From contig CANRBR010000002.1 of the NCBI GenBank assembly GCA_947628915.1, forward strand, positions 1-46,184: a stretch of DNA of 46,184 nt. Reading direction: 5' to 3'. Positions 1-7,940 of the stretch are shown one piece after another (the stretch's first letter is position 1; every line of letters begins with the position of its first letter). The notes under the pieces were generated by a model. That model was given only the letters and a program-made list of their open reading frames with translations. It was not told the origin of the DNA and made no database searches. Source of the stretch: an uncultured Bacilli bacterium. GTDB taxonomy: Bacteria; Bacillota_I; Bacilli_A; RF39; UBA660. Made by a program: the position numbers and the translations under genes.

Positions 1-89
1 AATATTATTTCAAACAAAGTTCATCTTTGTTTGTTATCTATATTAAAAATCGTATACATTTTAACTAATGTTTAACACACTTTTCATAA

Positions 90-1283
90 TTATTTCACTT
101 TAATCATATCATCAATATCCAAACACTCATCTATTTTAATTTTAACGACTTGCTTTGGATGTCTAACTATATCTATTATATTATTATCTTCATCTAATAT
201 TTCATCTATTTTATAAGTAATTATATCATGATTAGGTCCAAATATTTCTACTATATCTCCTTTTTTAAAATAATTTCTCTGTTCTATAGTAGCGATATGA
301 TTTTTCTTATCATAATCAAGTACTATACCTAGAAAATCCTGATTAGATACTTCAACCCTACCATTATAATAACTACAACTAGAATCGTATATTCCGTCAA
401 AAAATTGTGGGACTGAATCTCTATTTGCGCACCTTCTAAGTATATCTTCGTACTCTTTATTATATGTATATGTATCCCTATTGGTACAATATTCATCAAT
501 TACTTTTCTATATATTGAAACTACTGTTGCTATATAATATAAAGAACGCATTCTACCTTCAATTTTAAATGATGTTATTCCCATATCTATCATATCAGGT
601 ATATATCTTACCATAGATAAATCTTTTGAACAAAATGTAAATGGCATATCTCCTTTAATCTCTTCTTTATTTTCGTTAAGTAGATTAAAATCCCATCTAC
701 ATATTTGACTGCAACCACCACGATTAGCATCTCTATTAGTTAAAAAGTTAGACATAACACATCTACCGCTATATCCAGCACACATAGCTCCGTGTATAAA
801 TGTCTCTATTTCAATATCTACATTATCTATTATTTCTTTTATATCTTCACGAGTACACTCTCTTGCAAGTACTATTCTAGATACACCCATATTCTTCCAA
901 AATTTAACTGCTTCTATATTTAAAGTACTAGTTTGAGTTGATAGGTGCACTTCTAAGTTAGTAAATTCTAAAGCCTCTTTTACTATGACTGGGTCACTAA
1001 CTATAATCGCATCTACTTTTATTTTTTCTAATTCTTTTAAATACTTTTTTATCTCTTTTAACTCTTCGTTATGAGGTAAAATATTAACTGTAACATAAAC
1101 TTTCTTATTTAATTTATGAGCAAACTCTACGCCTTCTTTTATATCATTCATAGTAAAGTTTATTGCGTTTGCCCTAAGGTTTAATGATGGACCACCTATA
1201 TATACAGCATCTGCTCCATATTTTAAAGCTATTTTAAGTCTTTCTAAATCTCCTGCTGGAGCGAGTAACTCTGGTTTAATCAT
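90..1283 (-). CDS. U32-family peptidase-like protein, long paralog (YrrO/TrhP-type)
   Basis: 397-aa ORF with the U32 signature ETFIHGAMCAGYSGRCVMS. Its start overlaps the stop of the upstream short U32 paralog by 8 nt, like a yrrN-yrrO pair. Confidence 0.85.
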   Translation of the reverse strand: MIKPELLAPAGDLERLKIALKYGADAVYIGGPSLNLRANAINFTMNDIKEGVEFAHKLNKKVYVTVNILPHNEELKEIKKYLKELEKIKVDAIIVSDPVIVKEALEFTNLEVHLSTQTSTLNIEAVKFWKNMGVSRIVLARECTREDIKEIIDNVDIEIETFIHGAMCAGYSGRCVMSNFLTNRDANRGGCSQICRWDFNLLNENKEEIKGDMPFTFCSKDLSMVRYIPDMIDMGITSFKIEGRMRSLYYIATVVSIYRKVIDEYCTNRDTYTYNKEYEDILRRCANRDSVPQFFDGIYDSSCSYYNGRVEVSNQDFLGIVLDYDKKNHIATIEQRNYFKKGDIVEIFGPNHDIITYKIDEILDEDNNIIDIVRHPKQVVKIKIDECLDIDDMIKVK

Positions 1284-2130
1284 TCTTCTTCACCCTATAA
1301 ATAGTTTTAGTATTTAAAAATCCATCACTTACATTATCAAACATATTATTAATATTATTATAATATTCATCTACGTTACTTTTATCTACACTCTTAAACA
1401 TTTTAAGCACACTTATAAATTTACTCTCTTCTATATTGAAACTATTTAGTATAATGTATTCTAAATCTAACTCTATACTTGCTTTTATACCGTTTAATAT
1501 GTCATTTGAAAAAGTTTGAGTACCAACACTATTATCTATTATTGGATATGTTTTACCTTCTTTTTCTATATAATTAACTTTAGAGTTGTCTTTTAAATTG
1601 AAGTATTCTAAATAATTTTTTACGATATGTCTTTTAGATACAAACATAGGCAAGTATCCAAATAGATTAACCATTAGTAAAGACTTGGTATTAGCTTTTA
1701 TAGTCTTTATTTCATCTAGTGTTATATTACTTGATAAATATGAGTACCTAACACCTAAATCGTTATAAAAATTAATTGTATTATAGTTAGTAGTGGCGTG
1801 CTCTTGAGCAAAAACTAAGTCGTATTTTAGGTTTAGTCTTTTATATATATTGAGTACTCCTAAATCATAAAATAATACACCTTTTATATTATAGTCATTT
1901 AGTTTTATAAGTATTTCTTCTACTTTTTTTAAGTCACTGTTGTTCATATTCTTATTTAAACTTATAAATATATCTTTAGGTATACTATTTAATGTATCTA
2001 AAGAATTAATATCTATATAAAAGTTTACATTAACACTCATATCTTTTATTCCAATTATAAATCCATCTGCTAGATTACTTGTTTTATTTATCTCATCTAG
2101 ACTATTTGGAATAGTTAATATTTTAGACAT
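1276..2130 (-). CDS. U32-family peptidase-like protein, short paralog (YrrN-type)
   Basis: 284-aa ORF translationally coupled to the 397-aa U32 gene. AAGGAGG lies 5 nt upstream of the ATG. Family call rests on pairing and general similarity, so it is less certain. Confidence 0.6.
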   Translation of the reverse strand: MSKILTIPNSLDEINKTSNLADGFIIGIKDMSVNVNFYIDINSLDTLNSIPKDIFISLNKNMNNSDLKKVEEILIKLNDYNIKGVLFYDLGVLNIYKRLNLKYDLVFAQEHATTNYNTINFYNDLGVRYSYLSSNITLDEIKTIKANTKSLLMVNLFGYLPMFVSKRHIVKNYLEYFNLKDNSKVNYIEKEGKTYPIIDNSVGTQTFSNDILNGIKASIELDLEYIILNSFNIEESKFISVLKMFKSVDKSNVDEYYNNINNMFDNVSDGFLNTKTIYRVKKND

Positions 2131-2144
2131 AACGACCTCCTTAT

Positions 2145-2170
2145 AAAAAAAGACATCTTTAAAGATGCCT
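2145..2170 (-). terminator. Putative intrinsic terminator after the Cys-rich membrane protein gene
   Basis: Minus-strand RNA GGCAUC-UUUAAA-GAUGUC followed by a U7 run. Confidence 0.45.
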
Positions 2171-2202
2171 TAATAGTAGCACATAAACCTTATTTTGTCA
2201 AA

Positions 2203-3207
2203 CTACTTATTCCCTTCACAAGTGAATGTTGATTTGTTGTTTAAATATGTACACATGTAAGTTCCACCAACATTAGTCTTATAGTAAACATTTTCACTAC
2301 AACTATTATTCAAGAAACAATCCATACAAGTAGATATATCTTCAGTATCGCCTGAATCTGCAACTATTGATACAACTAACTGTACAATTGATGCGATAAA
2401 GAATACTAAAGCTGCAGCAATCATCTTTTTAACTAAAGAACTTTGTGCCTTCTTTATCTCATCTTCTTTAGATGCGGCTAAAGATTTTAAAAGTTGTATA
2501 ATACTAACTATTACAAGTATTATAGGAGTTCCTATCTTAAGTAAATTGAATACAAAATTGACTATTTGTGGTGTCTGATATGGAATATCAAATGCACCAC
2601 CACAAGAAACATACATCAAATTATCTGTATTACAATAATTACCATATTTTGTCTCATTCCAAATACAAGAAAATTGAGTATTGTTTTCACATGAAGGGTT
2701 GCCTTCATTAGTTGTAAATTCAGTGCATGAGCCATATTCTTGTTTATTTGGGTCTTCTGCATCATCTTCTTTTGAACTATGTACAAGTGGCATTATGGCA
2801 TAACCTTGTTTCTTTTTCCCATAGTTTTCAAACTCAGTTTCATGGTCTTTTGTAAATACTGCAAAATCAAAATCACCATTTCTATCTACAAAAAGGGCTA
2901 GTGGAGGACAATCTTGATAATTTATATAATAATCTTGTCCTTTCGAATTTATTTTTGTATTAGATGGATCCCCCCCAGGGTTAAAAACTTTTTCCCAGTT
3001 ATGAATATCAACTTTAGCATCTATTTTTGTTTCATCAGTAGAATTTAAATCACCTTTTACTGTAGCTTTACTAACACTATCCTTGTTTTTTATTGTAAAC
3101 TCTGCAGTTAAACTACCATTTGAATATTTACATTCAAGTGCATATACACTACCAGTAAATAAAAATAATGTAAGTAAAAGTATTAAATAACTTATTTTTT
3201 TCTTCAT
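2203..3207 (-). CDS. Secreted, membrane-anchored Cys-rich protein of unknown function
   Basis: 334-aa ORF with a signal peptide (MKKKISYLILLLTLFLFTGSVYA), a ~200-aa ectodomain, two TM helices and a Cys-rich C-terminal tail (12 Cys in total). Its start overlaps the pduL stop by 4 nt. Confidence 0.6.
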   Translation of the reverse strand: MKKKISYLILLLTLFLFTGSVYALECKYSNGSLTAEFTIKNKDSVSKATVKGDLNSTDETKIDAKVDIHNWEKVFNPGGDPSNTKINSKGQDYYINYQDCPPLALFVDRNGDFDFAVFTKDHETEFENYGKKKQGYAIMPLVHSSKEDDAEDPNKQEYGSCTEFTTNEGNPSCENNTQFSCIWNETKYGNYCNTDNLMYVSCGGAFDIPYQTPQIVNFVFNLLKIGTPIILVIVSIIQLLKSLAASKEDEIKKAQSSLVKKMIAAALVFFIASIVQLVVSIVADSGDTEDISTCMDCFLNNSCSENVYYKTNVGGTYMCTYLNNKSTFTCEGNK

Positions 3208-3767
3208 AATATTTCTCCTATATCTCCATTTTTTACTAAATGTGCATTCGCATCATCCGTATCTAAGTGTAGTTCAAAAAATGCCTCATCACTAACTTTC
3301 AAATACACATTAGTTATTATTCCACCCTTTTCTCCATTTAATTTAACATTAACTTTATCTTTACCTTCTAGATTATACATTTTAACTTGACTAGGTAATA
3401 TATGTATATGACGAGTAGCTATTATACAACCACTCTTTAAATCTAAAGTACCTTTTGGCCCTATTAGTGTGATTGGACTACTATCATTCAAATCACCAGA
3501 ATTTCTAATAGGAGGATTAAGTCCTAGTTTATATGCATCAGTCTTACTTATTTCAACCTGTGTATAATCTCTTATAGGTCCTAAAACTCTAACATTTTCT
3601 ATAAAAGATTTATCTGTTTTAATAGTAACAACTGAAGTAGATGCGAACTGTCCCGGTTGATTTAAATCGTTCTTTTTTTCTAATTTGAAATCTTCTCCAA
3701 ATAATAAACTTAAGTGTTTCTTAGTCAAATGTACATGTCTATTTGATACACCAATGCTTACTTTCAT
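3204..3767 (-). CDS. pduL: Phosphate propanoyl/acetyl-transferase PduL
   Basis: 187-aa ORF. N-terminus MKVSIGVSNRHVHLTKKHL and the second repeat CIIATRHIHI match the duplicated PduL motif. Confidence 0.8.
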   Translation of the reverse strand: MKVSIGVSNRHVHLTKKHLSLLFGEDFKLEKKNDLNQPGQFASTSVVTIKTDKSFIENVRVLGPIRDYTQVEISKTDAYKLGLNPPIRNSGDLNDSSPITLIGPKGTLDLKSGCIIATRHIHILPSQVKMYNLEGKDKVNVKLNGEKGGIITNVYLKVSDEAFFELHLDTDDANAHLVKNGDIGEIL

Positions 3768-3836
3768 TGTATCACCACCTAAATTATATCATATTTTTTA
3801 TATTTTTTAAATATATTTTAAGGAAAGGATGATTTT

Positions 3837-4220
3837 ATGAACAATAATTATTTAAATAATAATTCTAAGTTCCCTGGAACTCCTATATATTCAGGAAATA
3901 TGCCTACTCCAAATCAATCAACCGCAACAACACAAATGCAAGAATATATACCTAATGAGCAATCATATATAGAAAATATACTTAGAGTTAATAGAGGTAA
4001 AAGAGTATCTGTATATCAATCGTTTGCAGATGCTGGTGAGTGGAAGGACAAAATATTTACTGGTATAATTGAGCAGTCAGGAAGAGACCACATTATTTTA
4101 AGTGACCCAACTACTGGTAATTGGTACTTATTACTCATGATATATGTAGATTATATTAAGTTTGATGAAGAAATAAATACAGTACCACAGTTTTATCCAT
4201 CAACAGGTCAAAACTTATAA
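3837..4220 (+). CDS. gerQ: Spore coat protein GerQ-like
   Basis: 127-aa ORF. The C-terminal region SYIENILRVNRGKRVSVY...GRDHIILSDPTTGNWYLLLMIYVDYIKFDEEI matches the GerQ/YwdL core. The N-terminus is Q/N/P-rich. Confidence 0.7.
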   Translation: MNNNYLNNNSKFPGTPIYSGNMPTPNQSTATTQMQEYIPNEQSYIENILRVNRGKRVSVYQSFADAGEWKDKIFTGIIEQSGRDHIILSDPTTGNWYLLLMIYVDYIKFDEEINTVPQFYPSTGQNL

Positions 4221-4272
4221 AAAGTATTGATTGATATTTAGAAATTTGCTATAATTATTAATAGGTGGTAGT

Positions 4273-4815
4273 ATGAGCATAGTTGTAGTAACACTTTCAG
4301 TAGTTATAGTTGTATGTTTAATATTAATACTTTTAGTTGCAACATATAATCATTTTCAAGATTATATAATTAGAATCAACGAAGCAGATGTAAATATAGA
4401 TGCAACTCTTAGAAAAAGATTTGATTTGCTAAATAAGGCAGTTGGTATAATTAAAGCAAATATAAATACTGATGAAGAGATTTTAGAAGGTATCGTTAAA
4501 CTTAGGTCTAAAAAATTAACTAATTTTGAATTAGATAGAAGTCTATACGATGCGATTAATGAATTTCATGCAATTAAAGAAAAATATGTTGACTTACAAA
4601 CTAACGAAGAGTTTATGAAAATAGATATCAACTTAATGGAATCAGAATCAGAAATAGTAGGACTTAGAAAATACTATAACGATATTATTACTGATTACAA
4701 TAAATTAGTTAAGTCTTGTCCATCTAACATAATCGCAATTATTAAAGGATATAAAACTAAAGATTATTTTGATGGAAACAATGTCGATAACGAAAAAGGA
4801 ACTGTAAAATTATAG
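4273..4815 (+). CDS. lemA: LemA family membrane protein
   Basis: 180-aa ORF with an N-terminal TM helix followed by YN..Q...I.........LRKRFDLL, typical of LemA. Confidence 0.8.
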   Translation: MSIVVVTLSVVIVVCLILILLVATYNHFQDYIIRINEADVNIDATLRKRFDLLNKAVGIIKANINTDEEILEGIVKLRSKKLTNFELDRSLYDAINEFHAIKEKYVDLQTNEEFMKIDINLMESESEIVGLRKYYNDIITDYNKLVKSCPSNIIAIIKGYKTKDYFDGNNVDNEKGTVKL

Positions 4816-4818
4816 TTC

Positions 4819-5247
4819 CTATTTTTTCTTCTTTTTTTTACCTTTTACTATTATATAAATAAAGATTAAAATCATTAATATAGTAAGACCTAATACTATA
4901 TAATTTTTATTTATATCACTAGATATATTATCTATTACTTCTTTAGTATCATCTTCATCGAATTCAAGGATGTATTCCCCATCTTTAGAATATAGATAGT
5001 GTTCTCTAGCGTAATCTGCTAAATATTTACTATCGCTAAGTTTATCTTTAAATATTTTTATATTTTCAGCATCTACTTGTAATTGCTCATAAAAATTCTC
5101 CAAATCCTTTTTTTCTTTAGTTAAGTCGTATATAGTATAAACATTATATAACAAACTAAATAAGAAAAAAGCAATAGCAACTAAACTAGCAGTACCAAAT
5201 ATTACAAGTCGTCTTTTAGAGGCTTTTGATATTCTTCTTTTAGCCAT
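4819..5247 (-). CDS. divIC: Septum formation initiator (DivIC/FtsB family)
   Basis: Probable start at MAKRRISK (5247, SD GGTGATGA); the ORF track extends to 5292. N-terminal TM plus coiled coil plus YLADYAREHYLYSKDGEYI motif. Conserved yabP-yabQ-divIC order. Confidence 0.7.
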   Translation of the reverse strand: MAKRRISKASKRRLVIFGTASLVAIAFFLFSLLYNVYTIYDLTKEKKDLENFYEQLQVDAENIKIFKDKLSDSKYLADYAREHYLYSKDGEYILEFDEDDTKEVIDNISSDINKNYIVLGLTILMILIFIYIIVKGKKKKKK

Positions 5248-5269
5248 ATCATCACCATGTATAAGTATA

Positions 5270-5557
5270 TCATTTTTTAGGTGTATTTGCAATTGTTTTA
5301 ATTATTATATCGTAAAGTATAAAGCCTATTACTATACTAATAATCGAATATATGTGAAATATTGCATTACCTATTTTTTCTATACCTATAAAATATATTA
5401 TAGTCATTATAAAAACAAATATAAAAGATAGTATTATCTCAACAGTAGTAGAAAATTTTTTAATTTTTTTATTAAATATATCTAAAGCACACGAAAACAT
5501 AAAACCAAATATAAAAGAAAAAATAATAAGTCTAAATTGAAGATTTAAGTCTATCAT
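5270..5557 (-). CDS. yabQ: Spore cortex biosynthesis membrane protein YabQ
   Basis: 95-aa polytopic membrane ORF immediately after yabP (4-nt overlap), the conserved position. Confidence 0.7.
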   Translation of the reverse strand: MIDLNLQFRLIIFSFIFGFMFSCALDIFNKKIKKFSTTVEIILSFIFVFIMTIIYFIGIEKIGNAIFHIYSIISIVIGFILYDIIIKTIANTPKK

Positions 5558-5847
5558 TTAAATAGTTTAGATAAAACACTTTCTTGTTTTTCTTTCTTTT
5601 TTCCTTCTTCTAAATAATTTAGACTATTTACTTTACCTTTAATGGATACATCACCTTGATATGTATCTAATTTTATTATTTCGAGGTTAGAGCCTTTAAT
5701 CATTAAATATCCCATATTTGTTTCTAGTAAGAATTCTGATTCATCAAAATTTTCAATCTTTTTAACGCCACTAATATTTATATTTTTTCTTTGAGTTATA
5801 GAAATGTTATGATTACTAGTTACTATATCCTTGTCCATCTTTATCAC
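5554..5847 (-). CDS. yabP: Sporulation protein YabP
   Basis: 97-aa ORF. ISITQRKNINISGVKKIENFDESEFLLETNMGYLMIKGSNLEI matches the YabP family. Confidence 0.85.
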   Translation of the reverse strand: MIKMDKDIVTSNHNISITQRKNINISGVKKIENFDESEFLLETNMGYLMIKGSNLEIIKLDTYQGDVSIKGKVNSLNYLEEGKKKEKQESVLSKLFK

Positions 5848-5904
5848 CTATTAAAATATATGTGACTTAAAACTATATATGAAAAAAATTAGGTTTCCCT
5901 AATT

Positions 5905-6162
5905 CTATTCTTCTTCTTTATTATATTCAGCAAATATAGCATCCTCAAACATTTTTCTTGTTTCTGCATTTATAGGATGGGCTATATCGTGATATTCCCC
6001 TTCAGCATTCTTTCTACTTGGCATTGCAATAAATAATCCATCTTTTCCTTCAATAATTCTAATATCGCGAATTACAAAGCAATCATCTAGTAAAACTGAA
6101 GCTATTCCTTTCATTCTAGTATCATCATTTTTCTTGTGAACATTGACTGACGTTATTTTCAT
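5905..6162 (-). CDS. spoVG: Septation protein SpoVG
   Basis: 85-aa ORF. MKITSVNVHK...CFVIRDIRIIEGKDGLFIAMPSRK...YHDIAHPIN is near-canonical SpoVG. Confidence 0.95.
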   Translation of the reverse strand: MKITSVNVHKKNDDTRMKGIASVLLDDCFVIRDIRIIEGKDGLFIAMPSRKNAEGEYHDIAHPINAETRKMFEDAIFAEYNKEEE

Positions 6163-6214
6163 AAAAAAGCATCTCCTTCCGTTATCATTTCACAACATAA
6201 GTATATAATAAATA

Positions 6215-6242
6215 TTTTAAAAATGCAAGTTTTTTTGCATTT
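6215..6242 (-). terminator. Possible weak terminator of the 7813..6440 operon
   Basis: AT-rich 8-bp stem AAAUGCAA/UUGCAUUU followed by a U-rich tract on the minus strand. Confidence 0.3.
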
Positions 6243-6267
6243 ATATTAAAAAATATTCTACTCGTGA

Positions 6268-6342
6268 AATGAAAAAGTAGGAAGAAATGAGCCATGTCCA
6301 TGTGGGAGTGGTAAGAAATACAAAAAGGGTGGTGGTAAATAA
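6268..6342 (+). pseudogene. Remnant of a SEC-C zinc-motif coding end, a diverged copy of the secA 3' terminus
   Basis: The frame reads [24 protein letters not shown] with a TGA immediately upstream and no start codon. Its nucleotides align with the last ~70 nt of secA (23381..23450, opposite strand), which encode [23 protein letters not shown]. Confidence 0.6.
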
Positions 6343-6439
6343 AATAGTAATCCCTTATAAATAAAAGAATTTACATTTACAAACAAATTTATAATAATTT
6401 AAAAACATGTCATCTTAAATAGATAGATTACTAATAATT

Positions 6440-6895
6440 TTACATTTTATATATTTTTCTTTTGATTGTTTCATCTTCCATAGATTTTTCAAGTCCAAAC
6501 ATTTCATCAATATTGTAATCATCCTCTGAAAAATCTTCTATTATGTCTTCATAAGGGTATTCTCTAATGGTTGATAAATAAAAAGCTGCGTCGTCTACTA
6601 ATGCCTTTAAAAAAGCAAGCTCTTTATCATTTAATAAATCATTCTTACATGAAATATTTCGCATATTAAAATCGGTACACTTAGATATTTCATAATCACC
6701 ACTTATATTTTTCATTTTTTCATAATAAACTTTTGTTGCTATTTTTTTTGTATCTAACAAATCTTTTTCTTTTACATACTCAAATATGCTAAAAAGCACT
6801 TCTAATTCCTCTATATTATATTTATTGAAAAATATTTCTAATTCTTCATCATTCATGACTTTTTCATTATCATCCATATCTAATATTACAAACAT
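6440..6895 (-). CDS. Highly acidic hypothetical protein, third gene of the DinJ-Nudix/MazG operon
   Basis: 151-aa ORF beginning 2 nt after the MazG-like stop. D/E-rich, with no motif I recognise. Confidence 0.55.
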   Translation of the reverse strand: MFVILDMDDNEKVMNDEELEIFFNKYNIEELEVLFSIFEYVKEKDLLDTKKIATKVYYEKMKNISGDYEISKCTDFNMRNISCKNDLLNDKELAFLKALVDDAAFYLSTIREYPYEDIIEDFSEDDYNIDEMFGLEKSMEDETIKRKIYKM

Positions 6896-6897
6896 TT

Positions 6898-7200
6898 TTA
6901 TACTCCTTTTTTTACAAAAATACCATTTTTCTTTACATAAACTCTTTTGGCATTTTTTTCAATCTTATTTACAATTTCCTCTTCTAAATTTATTCCTAAT
7001 ATCTCAGATATACCCATTAAGTATATAGCCACATCTGCTAATTCTTCACCTAAATCATCTTTTTTATTTTCCCAAGCTGAATATGCCTCAGATAATTCAC
7101 CATATGCTAAACAAAATTCTACATTTAAATCTGTAACATTGAACCCTTTATTAACTTTATTTTCATACACTTTTTTCTGTAATTCTACTAAATCTATCAT
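6898..7200 (-). CDS. MazG-like nucleoside triphosphate pyrophosphohydrolase (small all-alpha type)
   Basis: 100-aa ORF with the metal-binding motifs YGELSEAYSAWE and LGEELADVAIYL typical of the MazG/YpjD-type fold. Confidence 0.8.
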   Translation of the reverse strand: MIDLVELQKKVYENKVNKGFNVTDLNVEFCLAYGELSEAYSAWENKKDDLGEELADVAIYLMGISEILGINLEEEIVNKIEKNAKRVYVKKNGIFVKKGV

Positions 7201-7201
7201 A

Positions 7202-7813
7202 TTAATCCTCCATTTCGTTTTTTTTGTTTCTATAATCTTCTATAAATTTTTTTATTAAAAATTTTGATAAAATGATATCTGCATCTGCCAAATCATAATC
7301 TAGTAATTCTTCTATATCAACCCATTTGTATTCAGAATGTATATTTAATTTAAAATCTCCTTTTATATAATCACATTCATATAATTTTAAATCTACTATA
7401 TGTCCAGGATATTCACATATGCTGTGAGTAATGTAATCCTTTATATTTGTTTCAATACCATATACTTCATCAAATGCCCTTTTTAATGTTTTTTTCTCAT
7501 CTTCAAGACCTACTCTTCGCCCTCCAGGAAATTCCCATTTACCTTTTAAATCATCATCCTTATTTCTTCTAGCTATCAAACATTTCCCATCTTTCATAAT
7601 TAATGCACATACGACATCTAATATTTTTTTATTTGGAACATTGTTTGTTATTTCAAAAGGTATTCCATTTTTTTTAACTACCTGTTTTAAAAATAAATTA
7701 ATAGCTGAACTCATAGATAAACCTAAATCCGTTAAAACCATAGTAGCTTCTTTTTTAACATTACTATCTACTTGTATATTAATAGCGCTAGTTTTGTTAT
7801 CCATATCTCTCAC
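7202..7813 (-). CDS. Fusion protein: RelB/DinJ ribbon-helix-helix antitoxin domain plus MutT-like Nudix domain with a degenerate Nudix box
   Basis: 203-aa ORF. Residues ~10-56 (INIQVDSNVKKEATMVLTDLGLSMSSAINLFLKQVVKKNGIPFEI) align with the DinJ N-domain. Residues ~65-190 contain GKWEFPGG. The Nudix box reads GGRRVGLEDEKKTLKRAFDEVYGI. Confidence 0.8.
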   Translation of the reverse strand: MRDMDNKTSAINIQVDSNVKKEATMVLTDLGLSMSSAINLFLKQVVKKNGIPFEITNNVPNKKILDVVCALIMKDGKCLIARRNKDDDLKGKWEFPGGRRVGLEDEKKTLKRAFDEVYGIETNIKDYITHSICEYPGHIVDLKLYECDYIKGDFKLNIHSEYKWVDIEELLDYDLADADIILSKFLIKKFIEDYRNKKNEMED

Positions 7814-7860
7814 CTCATAAAGTATGTTATCACTAAAATTTTAATAAGTCAATATGATTC

Positions 7861-7886
7861 TACAATTTTACTACAATTTTACTACA
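7861..7886 (-). promoter_or_regulatory. Tandem 11-bp direct repeat (2.4 copies of TACAATTTTAC), candidate RHH operator
   Basis: Exact tandem copies at 7861-7871 and 7872-7882 plus TACA, ~50-70 nt upstream of the DinJ-Nudix ATG. The period is about one helical turn. Confidence 0.35.
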
Positions 7887-7900
7887 TCTGTTCAAAATTC

Positions 7901-7937
7901 AATAAAAAATGATGAAACATAACAATCATCATTTTTT
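7901..7937 (-). terminator. Intrinsic terminator of rluB
   Basis: Stem AAUGAUGA/UCAUCAUU with a 10-nt loop, followed by UUUUAUU on the minus strand, 4 nt after the rluB stop. Confidence 0.6.
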
Positions 7938-7940
7938 TAC

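Noticed and set aside
11-33. Inverted repeat CAAACAAAG-TTCAT-CTTTGTTTG downstream of the U32 gene.
   Set aside because: It might be a terminator, but there is no clear U-tract on the minus strand and it lies at the window edge.
6786-7258. Plus-strand ORFs 6786..7028 and 6947..7258 across the MazG/acidic-protein genes.
   Set aside because: They are antisense shadows with S/F/L-rich translations. The minus-strand genes have recognisable domains and tight operon spacing.
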